From contig OZ024740.1 of NCBI GenBank assembly GCA_964016885.1, forward strand, positions 97,960,001 to 98,024,000: DNA of 64,000 nucleotides. The letters run 5' to 3'. The notes under the pieces are model-generated. The model ran no database searches and was not told where the DNA came from. It saw only the letters and a list, made by a program, of their open reading frames with translations. Positions 1 to 13,320 of this stretch are shown here, piece after piece. A program made the translations under genes and the position numbers. Position 1 is the first letter of the stretch, and every line of letters begins with the position of its first letter. The stretch comes from Eledone cirrhosa. Its lineage: Eukaryota.

Positions 1-1199
1 AAAATAAGGCGCTGGTCCCTTCCGGGAAATGGCCATGCTCAGTGTGTAGAAAAGGCGTAGTTAGAAACTCCATTTTATGTCCCAAATGCTAAGTATGGGT
101 GCATAAGAGATGTAGTGGGATCATAAGGTAAGCTAACTAAGAACATAGATTTTACATGTGGCCGGTGCTCTGGTGCAATAAGTAGCAGCAAGTGCCCACA
201 AAATACTAGCTCTTTCAATTGCGCAGAGAGTTCTATAGAAATAGTGGACAGCTTCTGTTACCTGGATGACAAAATCAGTAGTGGGGGAGGGTGCTCTGAA
301 AGTACAGTAGCTAGAGTCAGAACTGGATGGAAAAAGTTCAGAGAGCTTATACCACTTTTAGCCGCTAAAGGGTTCTCCCTAAAAATGAAAGGCAGGCTGT
401 ATGATGCTTGCATACGAACAGCAATGTTGCATGGCAGTGAGACCTGGGCATTGTGTGCAGAGGATATACACAGACTAGAGAGGAACGAAGCTTGCATGCT
501 CCGCTGGATGTGTAATAGTAATATACGCGAACGGCAAAGCATAAACGAACTAAGGGAAAAATTAGAAATAAGCGGGATCAGATGTTGTTTACTCGAGAGA
601 AGGCTACGTTGGTATGGTCACGTAATGCGCATGAAAGACGACAGCTGTATAAAAAAGTGCAGGGCAATAAAGATAGACGGTAGCCACGGAGTAGGCAAAC
701 CCAGAAAAACCTGGGACGACCTGATAAACTCCGACCTCACACACTTACACCTCTCCAAGACAATGTCACTGGACCGAGATCTTTGGCTGCACTCAGTAAT
801 AGAGAAGACACGCCTTACCTAAATACAAAGTAAAACCTACTACAGTCAGTAGGCATCTCTAACAAAATACACCCCTGCCACATCCACACCGCCCCTTTCA
901 ATGTAAAGTTATGTTGGTGCCACAACATCCAGGCCGAAACAAATGAGATCGTGTAGGTGTCACGACAAAATAACACACAGTCCACGCTGTAATGTGGCCA
1001 TGTAGGCAACACGGTAAAAACCTCCCAGTCCCACACTGTAAATGTGGTTGGTGTTAGGATGGGCATCCAGCTGTAGAAAACCCGCCAGACAGTCCTATGC
1101 GAGCAAGACAACCACTCTTGCCTCAAGTGGGAAAACTCCCGTCCAAACCCATGCAAGCGTGGAACATGGACATTAAACGATGATGATGATGATGATGAT
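1..1199 (+). mobile_element. RTE-clade LINE (family A), 3' portion running off the window start; (GAT)n tail
   Basis: ORF 244-822 (FCYLDDKISSGGG...RLRWYGHVMR...GKPRKTWDD) is a non-LTR RT C-terminus. Sequence is nearly identical to 48371-49582 and ends in ...gacattaaac(gat)n. Confidence 0.95.
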
Positions 1200-1800
1200 A
1201 TATATATATATATTATGTATGAAATGTACATATACTTGTATATTTGTAAGGATTATGTCATCAATATTTCAATATTCAGAAATCTTAATCTCATACTCAC
1301 CATGTTTCCATATTCCAAAATTCTAAATAAGTAAACTTGCTTAAATTTATCAATAGTATATTTCTTTGAAAATATAATATATATTGAAAAGAAAGTATTA
1401 CTTGTTAATAAAAGAAATAACTGATTCTAAATTTAGACAAAACTATACAAAAAATCAATTGACGCAGACATGCTTTTATATTTTCATTTTTTTCATAAAT
1501 TTCATTACATAAAACAGAAATAGAAAAAATAAAGATTAAGTTTAGTTTTTGATAAAATAATTCTTAAGAAAACCTGATATATTTTCATAATATATAAGGC
1601 AAGTCACTTTGATCATGTCCCTTACCAACAAAAAATGAAATTACAAAATATTTCTCATGATAATAGTTGAGACCTTGTCTTTGAAAAAAAAGAGCTGGGT
1701 GGACAGTGAGATATTAACATTTTAGAAGTAAAATTGATTACTAAATCACAGCAAACTGACATTAATTTAGCCATTATTTCATAATTTACATTTTAGAACG

Positions 1801-2065
1801 CATATACATATGTATATATATATATTTTATATATATATATATAACATATATATGTTATATATATATATTACATATATATGTTATATATATATATATATGT
1901 ATATATATATTACATATAAATGTTACATACATATATATATATATATATTACATATATATGTTACACATATATGTAACATATATATATATATTACATATAT
2001 ATTATATATGTATATATATGTGTGTATATGTATATATATGTTTGTATGTGTGTGTAAATATGTAT
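1801..2065. repeat. (TA)n/(TG)n compound microsatellite
   Basis: Seen directly. Confidence 0.95.
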
Positions 2066-2854
2066 TTGAAATGTAAATTTAGATACAAGTTTAACATATA
2101 TAAAAGATGAGAGCTCTCAATGATTTGTTGGTGGAATTTAATATAATACAATCAATAGTTATGTTACAAAGTGGCTAAAATTTTCTTTTCTTTTGCCACA
2201 GTTACATAATACATGACAGACTCATGAGACCTCCTATGCCAGCTGGCATATATTTCATCCATCACAGAAAGAACAGGAAGTTATTAAAAATGATATTGCA
2301 TATTGGGTTTATCAATGGAAATGAGTAGGAATGATAACTTAGGTTTGAATCTAAGGCACCTTTTCTAAGGTTAATGTCACTTGTGAGAGTACAAAAATGA
2401 GGTCTACAAGGAGAGAGAGAGGGAGAGAGAGGGGGGAGGGAGTGAGAGTGAATGATAGTGAAATAGAGACAAAAGTCAGAGATACATTGAATTTTTCATT
2501 GAGTAAAGAGGAGTCAAACCAGATAAAGTTACACCTTCTTAGAAAGCCTAAAAGTAAAATCACTGGTCTTTAGTGCATCATTGTAATAGGGAAATGACTT
2601 ATGAAAATATCTTCATTAATATACAATACCCTCCTAATATTCTTAACTAGATTCTTAAAAACTTTGACTGAGTTGCAAGATTGTGTATTGATGAAAGTGA
2701 GCTTATTTATCATGAATATATCTATCTTGTGTCCATTAACATTACTGGAAATGGCCAATTTGTTATTGAGATAAAACAAGTGTTTTGAGCAGAGGTCTAC
2801 CTTATCGGTTCCAAGACACACTTCTCCATTTTGCCTTGTAATCTGCAGTCTCTC

Positions 2855-3200
2855 TCACCAACTATTGTTTCCTCCTTCATCATCTCCAGCCATGCTCATT
2901 TCCAATAATCCCCACACCAAGTCACATTCATTTTTTCTCAACATATGACTTAAACATGGAATTCCAGTCGTCCTTACAGCATTCATCACTGACTTTATTC
3001 CCATTGTTATCTGCAATTCATAGTTTGCCTTTATCTCTTTGAATGGTACTTTGTTCATTGACTGAACCATTCTCATTTCAGTTCTTTCCAGCCTTCTCTG
3101 CTGCTCCATTTTCACCCCAGATATCTCACTCCCCTAATTCATACCACTTTTCATACATGCATCATACAATTTTCCCTTCAGTTTCAGCAACACATCCCTC
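2855..3200 (-). mobile_element. Decayed RTE-like LINE RT C-terminal fragment
   Basis: ORF 2855-3115 (RRLERTEMRMVQSMNKV...LSHMLRK) is colinear with RLERNEACMLRWM...WYGHVMR of the RTE copies. Confidence 0.65.
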
Positions 3201-4367
3201 TTCATTAGAAACATTGCAAAGTTGTTATTGTAGAGCAGTGCAAGTAAAATATCATTATGCAATAACTCTCTATAGGACAAGATTTAATGGATCCTTTGAT
3301 GTGATTATAGGTTTGGCACATTAAATTTACCCTGGAAAACATTCACTTCAAATTATTTTGACATATAGCCTAACATAGGTTAACCTATTCTAATATTCTT
3401 ACATGATTTACTATTTTGTCAGTTTTTTTCTGTACAATTATATAATCTAGAAAAATGTGATGCTTTAGAAAATAAGGATTTAACAATAGATGGTCTAAAC
3501 CCATGCTAGCATGGAAGATATACATTAAACGATGATGATGATAATGATGACGATGATGGGTAAACATCTACAAAGTCAAGTTGTGTAAATTTGATATTGT
3601 GTTTATTTTAAGCCCCTAAACCATTTAATTATGGCATTACTATTTACTTTACTCGAGGTTAGTGGGTGTTTTAATATTATGATTAAAGTATTTTCTTGCT
3701 AACTTGATTTCAGATTTAACAGTAATGATGAGTTTACATTTTGTGTTGAGTTTGAAGTCATCTTTATGATGTTTGATTGTGATACGTCTGGTATATAGCT
3801 AATACTTATAATCTGTTATCAGTCTTAAGCTTATCTGCTATGAGCTTAGTGTTTTGATTAATGTTAATATTTGTGGATTAGCTCTTATATAATTTGAATT
3901 CTACTATTAGTAAGAAATTACTTCATAGAGGTTATTAGATTTATCTGCTCTCTTCTTACTCAATATCATTTCCAATACAGATAAAATATTTCTTAGATAA
4001 ATAAATAAGAGCTTATTTAAGAGTATATTTAATAAACATACCATTATGTTTAGTTTCAGTATAATTTAAACTTGTTGCATGGATCCACACCCACACCTAA
4101 GAAAATAATATTTTGCAGAAATACTAACACCTGCCCTTCCAATGATTCCTATAATACCAATACCTGCTGTTCATCAATCTGTTAAGCATCTAAAGCATAA
4201 CAAAGAGATATATAAGTGTAACTGAACAATGAGATATATAACAAAGAGATATATAAGTGTAACAGAAAAATGTAAGACTAGAAGAGCAATAACTCCAATA
4301 AGAATTGACTTGGATCATGACAACATGTCATACAGCAATAGTTATAAAATAATGAGGATGATGATGA

Positions 4368-4535
4368 TAATTATTTCTACATTTGGCACAAGGCCAGCAA
4401 TTACCACAGTGCCTTATTTTATCGCCCCATAAAGATAAAAGACAATGTTAACTTCAGTGGGATTTGAGCTCAGAACATAAATGGCCATAACAAGCTGCAA
4501 AGTATGGTGTCTGATGCTCTAACAATACTGCCAAG
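4368..4535 (-). mobile_element. tRNA-derived SINE (Nin/DeuSINE-type), degenerate
   Basis: Reverse complement is similar to 54520-54712 (tggcacaaggccagcaatt...tttatcgcccc...gagctcagaac). Confidence 0.75.
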
Positions 4536-4694
4536 ATGATGATAATGATACAGAATATGTGTTCATGTGTGAAGATGTATGAAAGTTGGTTGATAATATA
4601 ATTGCTGGCTTTTTTGTAAACAGATGTAAAGCACTCTATGATTCGTATTCCTTAGGATTTTCTCGGGAAGTATCAACCGAAGTTTCAATATTAA

Positions 4695-4787
4695 GAATAA
4701 GAGAGACAGTTTTATTTGTACATCTTTTTATTACATAATAATATAATAAAAAGATGATGTACAAAAAATAAAACGTCTATCTTATTC
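4695..4787. repeat. Imperfect palindrome (about 93 bp hairpin)
   Basis: gaataagagagacagttttatttgtacatctttttatta pairs with taataaaaagatgatgtaca...aataaaacgtctatcttattc. Confidence 0.7.
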
Positions 4788-5651
4788 ATAGTATATATGT
4801 ATTTATTTGTTTATGTATGTGTGTATGTGTGTGTGTATACACCTCCATCGTATATAGCTTGTTTCTTAATGGTTGTTCAATTTCTTTGTAAAGGAGCTGG
4901 ACATTTCTTCTCTCATTAATTAAATAACCCACTATATAATTATTTGTTCTCTGTATTTATTTTATTTAATTACATTTTAACTTCAATATTAAATCCCCTA
5001 ATATTCACAGCCATACTACTTTTTTATGTTTGTATCTCTTGAGAATGCACTAATTAGGGTTACATTAATTACATTATATTGTTAACAATTGAAAATGAAA
5101 CGTGTGAAAATGAGAGATAGGTTGAAGTATCTTATAAAATATTTCATAAATAATTAATATGGCTCATAGTTTATTTCAGATTAGCTAGAAAGGAAAGCAA
5201 TTTTAAAACAACATTTGAAATTTTGAGTTCTTTAAAAGTCATTGGAGTTTTCTCAAAACAAAAGAAATATTCTGAGTAAAGGATTTCTAAATATTTTTAA
5301 CATGGGAGGTTTTTTTTGTTGTCCTGAGATATTTATTTATATTCTTTGTGTAACTGGTTTAGAATAAATACACCATATCATTGCATGCTGTTAGTTGTAT
5401 ATGTGTGCGTTTATGTAATGGTAACAGCAATATTTGACAGTAAATTATGAAATATATATAAAAGTGATAAAAAGTGTTCGCATTCGGAAGGGTATCTGGC
5501 TATAAAAGACTGCCTCAAAAAGGCTCTTCTAAATTTGCTAATGCAAGATCAAATGAAGAAATGTATATATGTACACATTATACATGCATGCATGCATGCA
5601 TGCATACATACATGCATACATACATACATACATACATACATACATTCATAC

Positions 5652-6006
5652 ATGATGATGGTTGACCCCTCGTTATCTAGTATGGCCATTGCATGATATA
5701 ACATTATTAATAATTATCAATTAATTCTATCATGCAATGCCTGTACGTGAAGATTTTTTTTAAAGTGAGGAAAGACTGGGCACTGAGCCAATCCCACTTC
5801 TGAGCGACAGTAGCTATAACCCGAAAAGAAGAAAAGATCAACATCATCAGTAATTACTGAGCCATAGGTTTTATGTTGGAGATATCCCAGTCTCCTGAGT
5901 TGCCTTCTCCTAGAAGAATGCCTTGACAAAGGCTAGGGGTCCTTCACTCCCAGTGGTTTAACCGCGCGATTGGGTATCCCACCTGACTATTTGTATGACC
6001 CTGCGC
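5652..6006 (-). mobile_element. Non-autonomous bipartite RTE derivative (5' module + 3' terminus, no ORF)
   Basis: 5730-6006 matches 39270-39544 and 5652-5695 matches 35274-35313. These are the two outer ends of the BovB-like RTE locus. Confidence 0.8.
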
Positions 6007-6044
6007 ATATACATACATATGTACAAGTGTACATACATATTTAC

Positions 6045-6240
6045 ACATTTTTGGATTGCTGTTGACTCTTATGAGTTATTCCGCTCTTTGTCAGGTTTTG
6101 TTTTTTGTTCTGCAGGGTGTCCAAAATCACCCGCCTTACCAAGTAAACTTGGTGGGGTTGCCGGTTTAGTCACCAACGACTCGACCATGTGACAGGTTGT
6201 ACTGGGTAACATGTTACCAGTAGCACTCAAGAGTGATCTG
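6045..6240 (-). mobile_element. Short structured interspersed element, probably LINE 5'-UTR derived
   Basis: GC-richer island between microsatellites with hairpins ccaagt-aa-acttgg and ggtaacatgttacc. Family not identified. Confidence 0.35.
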
Positions 6241-6271
6241 ACATACATACATACATACATACATATATACA

Positions 6272-6318
<47 letters not shown>

Positions 6319-9300
6319 AAATAGATATGCAAGTTGTAAGTGCACCTAGAAAGCTGTTATGCAATGAACTGGAGTATGTTCATCAGCAGGTGTTCATTCA
6401 ATAATATCTGCTGTTGGTTCTGTCAGGAAGAGACAGGAAAACAGTATACCAGAGTTGTAAACACTCTTGTATTATCATGTGACTTTTTCCAAAAGAGTAA
6501 GGGCATTTGGCAGAACCTTAGACTGGTAAATTGAAGGGATGAACAAAGAGATTTACACAGCCCCAAAGAAAGCTCTCAAATTAGTAGTTATGAAAAAATA
6601 ACCAACAAGTTTATCAATCATATATAGCCAGAAGAATAATATTATATTAGGTATTAATTAAAGTTATAGCTTCAGTATATATAGTTATCATTGCTTGACT
6701 CCTAAAAGACAATTCAGCAAGGGGCTCCCCACATTATCTTTTGGCTTGATGACCCTAATATGGGACAGGAAAGTCTGCACTACAATTTGCACCAAGGGTA
6801 AGTCTTTTCCAGGTGTGGTGCTATTGTGCTATCTTCCTTCATCTCCTTTCTTTCAAACCCCAGCTGTGTGTGCCTTCCCAAAGGAGGGAGTACACTAATG
6901 AAATGAGTTATCATATTCCAAGGTTACAGTAGACTACAAGTGATGGCCAATATTGCAGACAATGCAAATATTCTTTGTAAAGTCCATGTAACCTCTTTTC
7001 AGTTCCTCCCTGTCACAGAGGAGAATTCATCATATGGCACAACCTCAGGCAATTGATAGTCCTCCATCCTGTATATGTGCACAGTCCTGTGCAGTTACAT
7101 CTTTAAAATCAGTTTCAATACCAATGACACCTATCTGTTTGAGGACATTAATATTGGTAATAAATTTACTACAGTCTGTTGTCATAATTTTGCCATGGAT
7201 TTAATTGTTTACATCTACCAATGTCAACAATGATGTTGTTCAACTAAAACCAGTTCAGGCACTAATAATTTTTTATTCTATATCCAAGAAGTAATAAGGT
7301 AATTCACAACAGTATCAAATGACATAATTTTTTGTTTATATGAAACCTGTTTTACCAGTTTAAAAAATATAAGTTTATAACAACTCAAAGGTTTCTTCCT
7401 GTTAATATTTCTGTTGAAGATGTTATACAACCATTTGTTGTATTTACTGACTTCTATTAATGCTAGCATTCACCCAGGATGGGTTCAGCCAGTGCTAGTC
7501 AGTGAATCCACAGTATCACAAACATGCCACTCGTGAACAGTGAATACATATGTTCAGCATGGATATTTTCAGCCAATTACAATTCTAACAATGAGCACCA
7601 TATATGTAGAGATCAGATATTATTACAAGATTCAACTTGATTGTGTCAAACCATGTTTTCAGTTGTCCACCTCACCACTTATGCTATCCCAGGTAGTGTT
7701 CTTGTCTGACTGTGTTTTAGAATTATCTTTCACAAATATAAATCAAAGCTGGACATTCTTGGATGATCATGTTTCAATGTTTTCTTCATTATCTGAACCT
7801 CCCTTTCTGCTGTAGCTTAGGGACTGCTTTAAGGTGAGAAATCCATTTCCCTTATCAGTCACTAGAATGTTTGAAATATAAAATTTTGAGGATACTTCTA
7901 AAAACGTGTCCTCAGCAAGGAAAATTACTCAATAATTATGAGAATGTTTCCAATAACTTTTATGAGTATACTATTGATGTGAATTATTTACCTAGCTTCA
8001 CTAATAAACTACGTTTTGTAACTGGTGTTTCTGAAAATAAAATTGTGTGATATTCTCTGTAAAGTTTACCATGATATTGCACTGAATACAATAAATGCAT
8101 CCACCTTAAACAACTTCTTGCTTTCTGCAGGATTTGCTAAATACAAATGTGTATCATGTATTTTCTTTAAAATATTTACTCTGAATATGAATGTGATAAC
8201 TGACCTGTTTTCATGATAAATCAAATCATTTTCAACACTAAGGTACCATGTTCCAAGACAATATTTTCTAAGTTAGTTACAACAATCTAATTCTTTGTAA
8301 GGGCAGAAGTTTTAATATTCCTATATAACATGTTAATATAAGTTGTTCTTAATCATGTCCATTGAGTCTGTGCTTAGATATTTATATCATTTATTAATTA
8401 GTGTATGACCAGAACCATATGTTTTATATTATTTATATTTGTTGTTAACTCAGGTAGGGTTGGAAACATGTGGTATTAATTTACCAAAACTTGTTTTATT
8501 ATAAATTCATATTGTAATCTTTCATAATGAAGTCTGTGATATATCAAGATCTTAAAAAAAAAGGTTTAGAGGTTGATGGTTCATGATTAAAGGGAAATAA
8601 GAGCAAAGTAAAAATTGCCTTGGTCTTTCAGTACATGAAATTTAAATACAAGCTTGATTAATGATCAATATTAGGCTAATTTTGTTGTTATATTGAATTT
8701 ATGAATAATGAATTCAACAGGAGAGTTCTCTTGAGATAATATCACATGTTACTGGTGTTTACAATACATCCACCACGACCATAGAACATTTTTCCATTGA
8801 AAATGGCTGAACAATCATAAACTTTATCAATCAGTGAAAATGTTTTGTTTTGCACATTTCTCCAATTAAAATTTGATATTCTTAAAGTCATTATTGGAGT
8901 AATGTTTTCTGTAAAATTTATAATATTCTTTCTATCTCTGCTGCATTTTAGTTCTTTATCAGTCAACTTGGTTTTCCACTAGTGATTATGATGGTGCAAT
9001 GCAGTTTGATGATGCAATTTTTCCAGAAATTCAACAGACTATTGATGATAGGAATATTTTTTCTTTTTGTATATAGTGAACGTGTCTGCAAACAACTTTT
9101 GAAGAACCGCTATTTTCCACTGCTTTAATGTTATGTCCAGCCTTGCAACTAATACATTATCATCTTAGTGTGATTACCTGGAATACCTTTCAAAACATGT
9201 TTCAAACACTATTAAAATATACTGCTAGTTTTAACCTTTTAGCATTTAAACCGACCATATCCTGTCAGAATTTCTCATCTTTTTCTTTTCAAACTAGTCT

Positions 9301-11634
9301 TAACTGGCCACTCATACTGATATTAAAGCATTCTTCTCAAAATAAATAATATTAAAATCTCATAGATTCAATATTATGTGAGATAAAGACTGGACTGCAA
9401 AATAAAACAGTAAATACAGAGTAATGTAAATACTAAAGTGTTATTCAATCTACAAGTGTTTACAAGATACAGCATATATTCCATTATTCTTTGCACAATG
9501 AAATTTGCCAACATGTATCTTTTAGGTCAATTGTAGAGAACACCCTTGCTCCCTTCAACGAGAAAAATATAGCATCAATAGTTACTGATGAGTATGTATA
9601 AGCATCAATATTAACATTTAGGTGACCTTCTAATTTTTTTTACATTCTAAGTGACCCATCCAACTTTCTTATTTACACCACAGGTAATAAAACCCTGATG
9701 CCATTTCAAGCACATAATATTATTAGATTGAGCATTTGGTCATTTCCAGCCCATTAAACAGAACTCTGAATAAGGACTGACTCACCATGGCATGACATGT
9801 TGAACCCATGCCTGCTAGAAAAGCAAATGTAGACAATGATAATGATTCTCAAGGTTACATTGCTTTTGTTTGTAAATGGAAAGGTACATTGTGAACAGCA
9901 AATATATTAAATGCACGATTCTCTCTCTATATATAAAATGCTAGATATGTAACACTTCACAATGAATAGATAATTGTAAACAATAAAACAAAACATATCT
10001 TGACATAAAATGTCACTTCTAATTAAACTAATATGGATTAACTATTACCAAAAATTCTTGTTTATCTCTGTATTATTATATGGAAGATTAGCAATTAGAG
10101 TTCCCTGAAGTAAAGTGATAAAAACTATACAATATGGAAATGAAAAAAAGGGGAAGAATACAAAAAATCAAACGACCGAAAGGGAAAAGGGAAGGAAGTG
10201 ACAGCCACTACACTTCAGTCTGGGTGGTATATTTCAGCTATTGGAAAATCCCTTAATTTAGAGAAGGTAATTTAATATAATCATTGTCTCAATTGTTGAT
10301 ATTGAATAAAAAGGCATTCCCATATTCTTGTGAAGTTTCATTGGTGTAATAGCTAGGTACTAACAAGCAACATTTGACAAAGTGAATAAGTTTTCCACAC
10401 TTATAAGGTTTTAGATTAAATGCAGGACACTTCCTCCATTCAAATCTTTAACCACAATTACGACAGTTGATAAACATGTACCTTTGCTGTTATTGTTGTG
10501 GTGATTGATAATGTTCAACCAAAGTTTTATTATTTTTTCAAATACTTGTTACTTACATAAAAATTGTCATGATTGATGCATGTTTTCGCTTTAGCAAATG
10601 ATGTGTATTGTTACTACTAATGATACTGATTCACCATATCCTAAATTTGGATGATTCTGAATAGAATCCAATGCCTTCCTTTTCAGCCACACAGAGTGCA
10701 ATCCTTATCTGAAAGTCAGTTTAATTATCTCTTGTTCAGGGGATTCCTTCACTTGCTTCAACTTACGAAATGTTGTTTGTGAATTTATTCTCAAAATAAA
10801 GTCAATTATTGACTTATTGTCACATTGCTTGGTTTCCAATAATTTCAATTCATCATCTAGTATTACTCTTTCACAGGAATTAATTGATTTTTCCATTTTT
10901 ATCTGAAGGTAATATTTTCAATATTTGTTAGGTAAAGTAAAGTACTAATTCAGTAGAATAAAGTTCATCCGGTGGGGAGGGGGTTGTTTGTGCGTTTTGG
11001 CAAATTACATGAATAAAGACAAAAAATGCTACAAACCAATGTGCTTAAACTAAAAATGAAGACATAGAAATGACGTGCACAGTAGCTTAGCCAAAAGGAG
11101 AAAATTATATTTGGATTGCACACGTACATATGAAGACAAAGAAAAATGACAGGGAGGTAGAGAAAAGGAAAGAAGAAAAATGAAAGGAAGAGAGATATCA
11201 GGCGGTGTAAAGTCTATTTTTTAATAGATGCTAAAAAGGCTCACATGGCTATGATTAAATCAAATATGAATCTAAATTGGTGGTGGGGAAACACACAGGA
11301 CAAAGACAATGGAAATAACAATGAAAGAATGAACAGTTCCTGCTCTGAAACTATAGTATCTCCCACACAACTGTGCTGGGAAGCTCTGCAATAAACTTAC
11401 ACTGGAATTAACCAAGCCTATCACCATTTACGTCTAAAATATTGGATCAGCTCATGATACTTGGTAGCTATTTACTCTATGACGTACTCACAACCAATAT
11501 AAATGGGATTGTTCGAACAATCAGTAAGATATTTTGTTTGCCATCTCATACCACATGATAATGTCCAGCTGCAGTGTGGTTTAGATGACTGGGATAAAGT
11601 ATAATTTTCTTCCCAGGTCTACATTTATCTCTAA

Positions 11635-12590
11635 CTAGCAGTAAAGCCCGGCGTTGCTCGGGGTCGCTCAGTAGCTGTGTTAAAGTTACAATGTTAAGTT
11701 TCTTTCTTGGCTTAAAAACTGTAGTGTCTACTGTGCAGACTTGCATGTGGTGTTTTTGATTAATATTCCCTCAACCAACAATATGCCTTATGAAGTTAAG
11801 AAAACATAACGATAACCCGAATGTTATAACAAAAGAGGATGCTGGGGATAGAAACTGCACTGGTTATTTATTAACAAAGATCGAAAATGTAAACACTGCA
11901 ACGCAGAGAAAAACATTAGCGTAACCAAATTATCAGTTATGTCTGTCTGCACGCCTATATCACCTCTCTGCACGGCTGTCTGTCTGCACGCCTATATCAC
12001 CTCTCTGCACGACTGTCTGTCTGCACGCCTATATCACCTCTCTGCACGACTGTCTGTCTGTCTGCACGCGTATATCACCTCTCTGCACGACTGTCTGTCT
12101 GCACGACTGTCTGTCTGCACGCCTAACGACGAAATATTTGCTTGTTTTACGTAGTCTTTAAATAGACTTGTTTTCAAGTAAAAATATTGTTTTAAAATGC
12201 TTTTAAATGGAAATGAAGCAAAACGGAAGCTTAGTGTTCGAACTGATGAATTTTGCAGGTCAATATTTTGCTGGCTCGACAACTGTCTGTTCGTGTATTG
12301 TGTTAATGTCATTTTAAACGCTGAGAAAGCCAGCGTAATTTTTTACGTAAGACGCTCAATGTAAACAGAACAAAGGGAAATAACTGATAACTTACGCTCA
12401 AAAATCGATACATTATATTCGATTTCGTCACATAGGGTGGGTCAATTTGAAATTTATTTTTTCCGATGTCTTCGCTAGGGCTCAATGTACAAGTATAGCA
12501 ATTTCAGTGCAATTCCGTGAGAGATTCTGAGAGGAGATGTGTGCCAAAAATCGATAGACAGACAGACAACCACAGTTTTATATATATAGA
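11635..12590 (-). mobile_element. Non-autonomous Helitron
   Basis: Minus strand reads A|TCTATATATATAAAAC...(CTGT)n...CCCGAGCAACGCCGGG-CTTTACTG-CTAG|T. It has a 5' TC, a subterminal GC hairpin, a 3' CTAG, insertion between A and T, and no TSD. Confidence 0.88.
11940..12125. repeat. ~37-bp minisatellite inside the Helitron
   Basis: About 5 variant units of tgtctgtctgcacgcctatatcacctctctgcacgac. Confidence 0.9.
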
Positions 12591-12726
12591 TGATTGTGCC
12601 AGCAGTTAATTTTTTAAGTGCAGTGAATTTCTTGTTCCCTGATGAATGAAATAAATATTGGTCTCACATAAATTTAGTGATTTTTCAACTGTGTATGTGA
12701 ATGCATGTTAACTATATAACAGAAAT

Positions 12727-12807
12727 CAAATGAGCTTTTGATTCCAGCGCCAGGTCTGATCGATACAGATCTATCCTTGAGCTGATCAATCACGAAATGC
12801 GCATCAC
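12727..12807 (+). ncRNA. Decayed hammerhead-like repeat, same family as 63598-63680
   Basis: caaatga-gcttttgatt...gatcgatacagatc...gctgatcaatcac-gaaa-tgcgca-tc; the core is mutated. Confidence 0.45.
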
Positions 12808-12947
12808 ACCTCAATGAATGTAATGAAAACTTAACACCTCATCCCTATCATTATTATTATCATTGTATATATATACATGTATATATATATATTGTCTAAC
12901 CCATGCTAGCGTGGAAGATAGACATTAAAGGATAATAATGATGATGA

Positions 12948-13200
12948 TGTTATACTTTGGGAGGGTTATGCTGCAAATAAAAACACAAGCACCTGTTAGT
13001 TTTCACTTAATTCATTATAAACATCTGGTTGCTGGGTTCAGTAACCAAATCATTGTTTATATATTGTCAAAGTTCTTTCGTTACACATTCTGTGACTGAT
13101 TTCCTATTTTGTTTTGCATGACCCTCCCAAAGTATAACAATATCTGTTTCAACACATGTTCGCAGATAAGAAATCTTGCAAAACAAATTTTAAAATGAAG
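12948..13200. mobile_element. Penelope pseudo-LTR remnant with inverted arms (family P1)
   Basis: tgttatactttgggaggg...catgaccctcccaaagtataaca form inverted arms. Homologous to 27266-27736, 63032-63256 and the 3' end of the Penelope at 20340-20525. Confidence 0.75.
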
Positions 13201-13214
13201 TATACATATATGTA

Positions 13215-13320
13215 CCATATTTCCCAGTGCCAAAGACACTTCGTCCTCAAGGACGCACCCTAATTTTGAAAACCAAAAATTTTAGGAATAAAGTAGTGTC
13301 CTTGACGCTGGGAAATGCAG
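13215..13320. mobile_element. Tc1/mariner (pogo-like) MITE
   Basis: Imperfect ~25-bp TIRs (ccatatttcccagtgccaaagacac / gtgtccttgacgctgggaaatgcag), with TA on both sides. Confidence 0.65.

Noticed and set aside
258-542. Recurrent antisense ORF (also 40772-41056, 48625-49125 and 60089-60475)
   Set aside because: Antisense shadow of the RTE RT coding sequence, with no independent support.
11940-12125. CRISPR-like periodic repeat
   Set aside because: No unique spacers, eukaryotic context, and it lies inside a Helitron.
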